This document shows, in pieces, positions 52,089 through 55,069 of a stretch of DNA of 55,069 bases (the stretch's first letter is position 1; every line of letters begins with the position of its first letter). The notes under the pieces are model-generated. The model was not told where the DNA came from. It worked only from the letters and a program-made list of their open reading frames with translations, and did not search any database. This DNA is from a virus. Taxonomy: Duplodnaviria; Caudoviricetes. The translations under genes and the position numbers were made by a program. The stretch spans positions 1 through 55,069 of IMG/VR virus record IMGVR_UViG_3300036792_000058, one strand, 5' to 3'.

Positions 52089-53024
52089 CTAGCTCACGAA
52101 GTAGATGGTACCTGACTTGGCACCAGCCACAGGCGAGCCGTTCTTGGCGGTGTAGGGGGTGATGGTGACCCCGTAGCCGTGCTTGAAGTGCAGGCCGGTG
52201 TAGGCCCCGAGGTTACCGCTGCCCGCGTGGCCGTCAACCCACCCGACCTGACCGGCGAAGCCCGGCCCGTTGATGACCAGCTTGTCCCAGGACGCGAGGC
52301 TCTGGGTCCAGGTCACGTTCTCGCGGTTGTTGGTCACGAAGACCGCCTTGCCGCCAGACAGGACCGGAACCGCCGCAGGGGGCGGGCACATGTTCACCCC
52401 GGTGATGTCGCCGCTGGTGGCCTTGGTGCCGTTGAGCGCGTCCACCCAGGTCTGGCAGTTGGCGGTGTCATCGTAGGTCCACGACCAGTTGGTGAGCACA
52501 GGACCCGAGCCGAACGTGGTGCCGGACGGGAAGAACTGCTCGACCCAGTTGGTGGTGGACTGCATGGCGTCGCCCGAGCCCGTCAGCGAGGTTGGCACCA
52601 GCGTGGCGTCGGGTGAGCTGGAGCTGGCGTGGAACGTGACGGTGGCGTTGCCCTTGACCGCAGCCGATGGCGTCCCCTTGATGGGAACCGCCTGGCTGCC
52701 AGGGGAGGTCGCCCCTGTGATGGCGTAGGCGGTGCCCGCGTCAGAGATGGTCGCGGAGTAGTTGTAGCAGGATGCCGCCGCCGCGCCGCAGTCCGTGAGG
52801 GTGAAGTCAGCCCCGTTGAGGGTGACGACAGCCTGCCGGGACAGCGAGTCGTTCGCCCAGGTATTGCCTCCGTAGCCGGAGTCCGGGCGGGCGTGCAGCG
52901 CCGTGGTAGCGCTGACGGTGGTGGTCGCGGCGTGAGCCGAGCCCGAGGCGAGAAGCCCCGCCGCCCCGGTTCCGATGGCGATCGGTACGGCTGCCATGGC
53001 GGCTAGCCGCTTGAGCTTGTTCAT
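52089..53024 (-). CDS. Secreted protein (beta-rich, possible C-terminal FN3-like domain)
   Basis: Clear signal peptide ending AHA; Thr/Ser/Gly-rich. Confidence 0.7.
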   Translation of the reverse strand: MNKLKRLAAMAAVPIAIGTGAAGLLASGSAHAATTTVSATTALHARPDSGYGGNTWANDSLSRQAVVTLNGADFTLTDCGAAAASCYNYSATISDAGTAYAITGATSPGSQAVPIKGTPSAAVKGNATVTFHASSSSPDATLVPTSLTGSGDAMQSTTNWVEQFFPSGTTFGSGPVLTNWSWTYDDTANCQTWVDALNGTKATSGDITGVNMCPPPAAVPVLSGGKAVFVTNNRENVTWTQSLASWDKLVINGPGFAGQVGWVDGHAGSGNLGAYTGLHFKHGYGVTITPYTAKNGSPVAGAKSGTIYFVS

Positions 53025-53032
53025 GAGAATCC

Positions 53033-53491
53033 TTACGTGGTATCGGGTCTTGGGTGTGGTCGTGCCCGGTGAGCGCTTTCCCGCGCCCGCTGGACCGTCC
53101 TGAACTCGGCAGGCGTTACCTGCTGCCCGTCCAGGTCCACGGTGCCCATTTGCTGTACCTCGAAATGCTCAAGCACATCGGCTATGCGCTCCAGTGCGTT
53201 AGCTATACGGGTTGAGGATACCTCAGCCATTTTCTGAACTCCTAAGTCTTCATCCTTGTAGCAGCTCTGGCAGCACACACCGGACTGCTTGCCGGGTCCG
53301 TACCACTCGGTCCACTTGTGCCGCCCGACCCGGCAGAGGGTCAGTTCGTGCAGCTTGTCCTTCCACTGGAACTGCCAGCGGTACTCCAGGTGCGTGCGCC
53401 GTCCGCCCGGATAGTCCCGGCATTCCCAGAGGCTGTGGTCGAGCGGGTGGAACTCCGAGAAGTCAAGCTTCTTGATCTCCGGCGGCTCCAT
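53033..53491 (-). CDS. Hypothetical protein
   Basis: 'LCRVGRHKW...CQSC' Zn-ribbon-like motif. Confidence 0.55.
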   Translation of the reverse strand: MEPPEIKKLDFSEFHPLDHSLWECRDYPGGRRTHLEYRWQFQWKDKLHELTLCRVGRHKWTEWYGPGKQSGVCCQSCYKDEDLGVQKMAEVSSTRIANALERIADVLEHFEVQQMGTVDLDGQQVTPAEFRTVQRARESAHRARPHPRPDTT

Positions 53492-53734
53492 CTACAGGTC
53501 TCCGTCGTAGGCTCTGTTGAAGACGTGCCATCCCTCGGGCAGGTCGCTCGTGTGCAGTCCCTTGTTCTCCGGGTCGAGCTTCTTCACCTGCACCAGCGCC
53601 CGCCGCGAGCACGCACGCGCATCGTCCGGGTCAGGGTGCTCTTCCGAGCAGACGTACCAGGGGTAGCTGTCGTTGCGGATCACGCCCCGGAAGCGCGGCC
53701 GGCTGGCGTCGTACATTCCTGCTCGCAGCGTCAT
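53492..53734 (-). CDS. Hypothetical protein
   Basis: GGAGG RBS; 'CSEEH...ARACS'. Confidence 0.5.
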   Translation of the reverse strand: MTLRAGMYDASRPRFRGVIRNDSYPWYVCSEEHPDPDDARACSRRALVQVKKLDPENKGLHTSDLPEGWHVFNRAYDGDL

Positions 53735-53919
53735 GTGTCCTCCGGGTCGATCTTCTTGACGAGGATCATGTACGAGCCGTCGCCGGTGATCACCTGGAAC
53801 CACTTGTTCCCCTTGCCGGTGGTCACCACCCTGGACACGTACGAGCAGTTGTCAACCCGCGCGTCCATGTGCTGGCGCAGGTCCACAGCGATGCTGATCA
53901 GTTCTGAGTCGTTTGGCAT
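53731..53919 (-). CDS. Small hypothetical protein
   Basis: ORF in operon. Confidence 0.5.
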   Translation of the reverse strand: MPNDSELISIAVDLRQHMDARVDNCSYVSRVVTTGKGNKWFQVITGDGSYMILVKKIDPEDT

Positions 53920-53985
53920 GTGTTACCTGTCTTCACACTGGGTAGCGGGCCTACTGCCTCCCGGCGATGGCCCTTGCCCAGTTGG

Positions 53986-54909
53986 TTATTCCGGGGTCTT
54001 GACCTCGCCGCCGATGATCTTCGGGAAGTCCTTGATCCGGGCCAGGTGGTCGTGAGCGTAGACCTTGACCTGAGTCCTGTCCTCGCCCAGCCGGTAGGCG
54101 TTCCACGCCGTGATCAGCATGTGCGCCACCTGGAGGCCGGTCAGGTGCTCGTGGTCGGACTTGGCCTGGATCAGCCGCTCGCGCAGTGACTTGACCGGAG
54201 ACCCGTGGCGAAGCTCCTCGCCGGTACGGAGCTGGGTGAAGAACTCCTGGGCCGAGGCCACCGGAACTCCCGCGTCGAGCATGTGCAGGTAGACCAGGCC
54301 GAACATGACCGTGGTCCGGAACACGTACGGGTTGGGCGCGATGCCCCGGTGGTAGAAGGACGCCGCCTCGCGCAGGAGCTGGGCCCGCTCGGGGTGACTG
54401 TCCAGGTAGGCCGCGATGGCAGACTTGGAAACAGCCCACTGCCCCGCGTTCCGCACCCCGTAGCCGGCCGAGGAGTTCTTGAAGATCAGCTCGGAGCTGG
54501 CGAGTGCGGTGTAGGTGGTGGCGTTCGCCTCGCCGTTCATGCCGGCGTCGTCAGCGGCAGTTCGCTTGCCGCCCTGGTCCATGTCGCGTATGACAGCCGG
54601 GTCCGCTCCCGAGATGACGAAGGTAGTGAACGTGGTGCCGTACTTGACCGAGGCACGGAAACGGTGCTGCCCGTTGAGCAGGTCGCCGTTGCTGTCGAAG
54701 ACGACAGTCTCGCCCGTCAGGGTCCAGAGACCGAACTGCATGTCCTGGGCGTACCGGCGGACGAGGTTTTCCTTGAGCTTCCGCTGCTTGCCGTTGTTGT
54801 GGTAGTCCAGCATGGTCCGCGAGCGATCCGGGTCGAAGGTCTCGACCGAGATGGTGTACACGCGGCCATCGTGCTTCAGCTCCGTGAACGGAGCGCTGTG
54901 AATGGTCAT
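53986..54909 (-). CDS. ParB/Srx-fold domain protein
   Basis: 'QRKL...VRRYAQDM..G.W..TGE...LLNGQHRFRA...MDQGGKRT'. Confidence 0.75.
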   Translation of the reverse strand: MTIHSAPFTELKHDGRVYTISVETFDPDRSRTMLDYHNNGKQRKLKENLVRRYAQDMQFGLWTLTGETVVFDSNGDLLNGQHRFRASVKYGTTFTTFVISGADPAVIRDMDQGGKRTAADDAGMNGEANATTYTALASSELIFKNSSAGYGVRNAGQWAVSKSAIAAYLDSHPERAQLLREAASFYHRGIAPNPYVFRTTVMFGLVYLHMLDAGVPVASAQEFFTQLRTGEELRHGSPVKSLRERLIQAKSDHEHLTGLQVAHMLITAWNAYRLGEDRTQVKVYAHDHLARIKDFPKIIGGEVKTPE

Positions 54910-55069
54910 GCTGTGTGTAACCCAGGAGGCGCGAGAAGTATTCCCAGCCACTGAACGAGGGTGCACGCGGTCTCGTCTATGCAGACGGTTCCCTCGTCGT
55001 CAGCGATCTTCAGGTCCGTCAGCTCGCCGCCGCAGCGCACGCACAGCAGCACTCCCTCTAGCTTCATGC

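Overview
High-GC (by eye) segment of a tailed actinobacteriophage or prophage genome; the host is probably a filamentous actinomycete, since the window encodes an SsgA-like protein. 1-26.6 kb (+) is a siphovirus-like morphogenesis block: head-tail adaptor, tail terminator, a glycosyltransferase, major tail protein, frameshifting tail chaperones, tape measure with a C-terminal lysozyme-like domain, and very large Gly/Ser/Thr-rich tail proteins. 26.6-28.8 kb (-) holds membrane/holin-like genes. 28.8-43.3 kb (+) is accessory: PLD nuclease, MsrQ-like protein, Ro60/TROVE, methyltransferase, sigma factor, RlaP-type nucleotidyltransferase, SsgA, RuvC, HicA-like and LysM-Rpf proteins. 43.4-55 kb (mostly -) is a replication/accessory arm: SNF2 helicase, GGQ release factor, SSB-like protein, Cas4-like nuclease, NlpC/P60 and ParB-like proteins. 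The standout feature is a ~930 nt non-coding array (32640-33563) directly upstream of the Ro60 gene. It holds seven Y-RNA-like units with a shared scaffold (GAGCCGRA...GTTAYC...CT(T)AYGCCC, closed by covarying terminal stems) and different cargo. The cargo includes a complete circularly permuted tRNA-Asn and a variable anticodon-like CTT-NNN-AA segment; one non-canonical tRNA sits between units 2 and 3. All family assignments come from motif recognition by eye; no database search was run.
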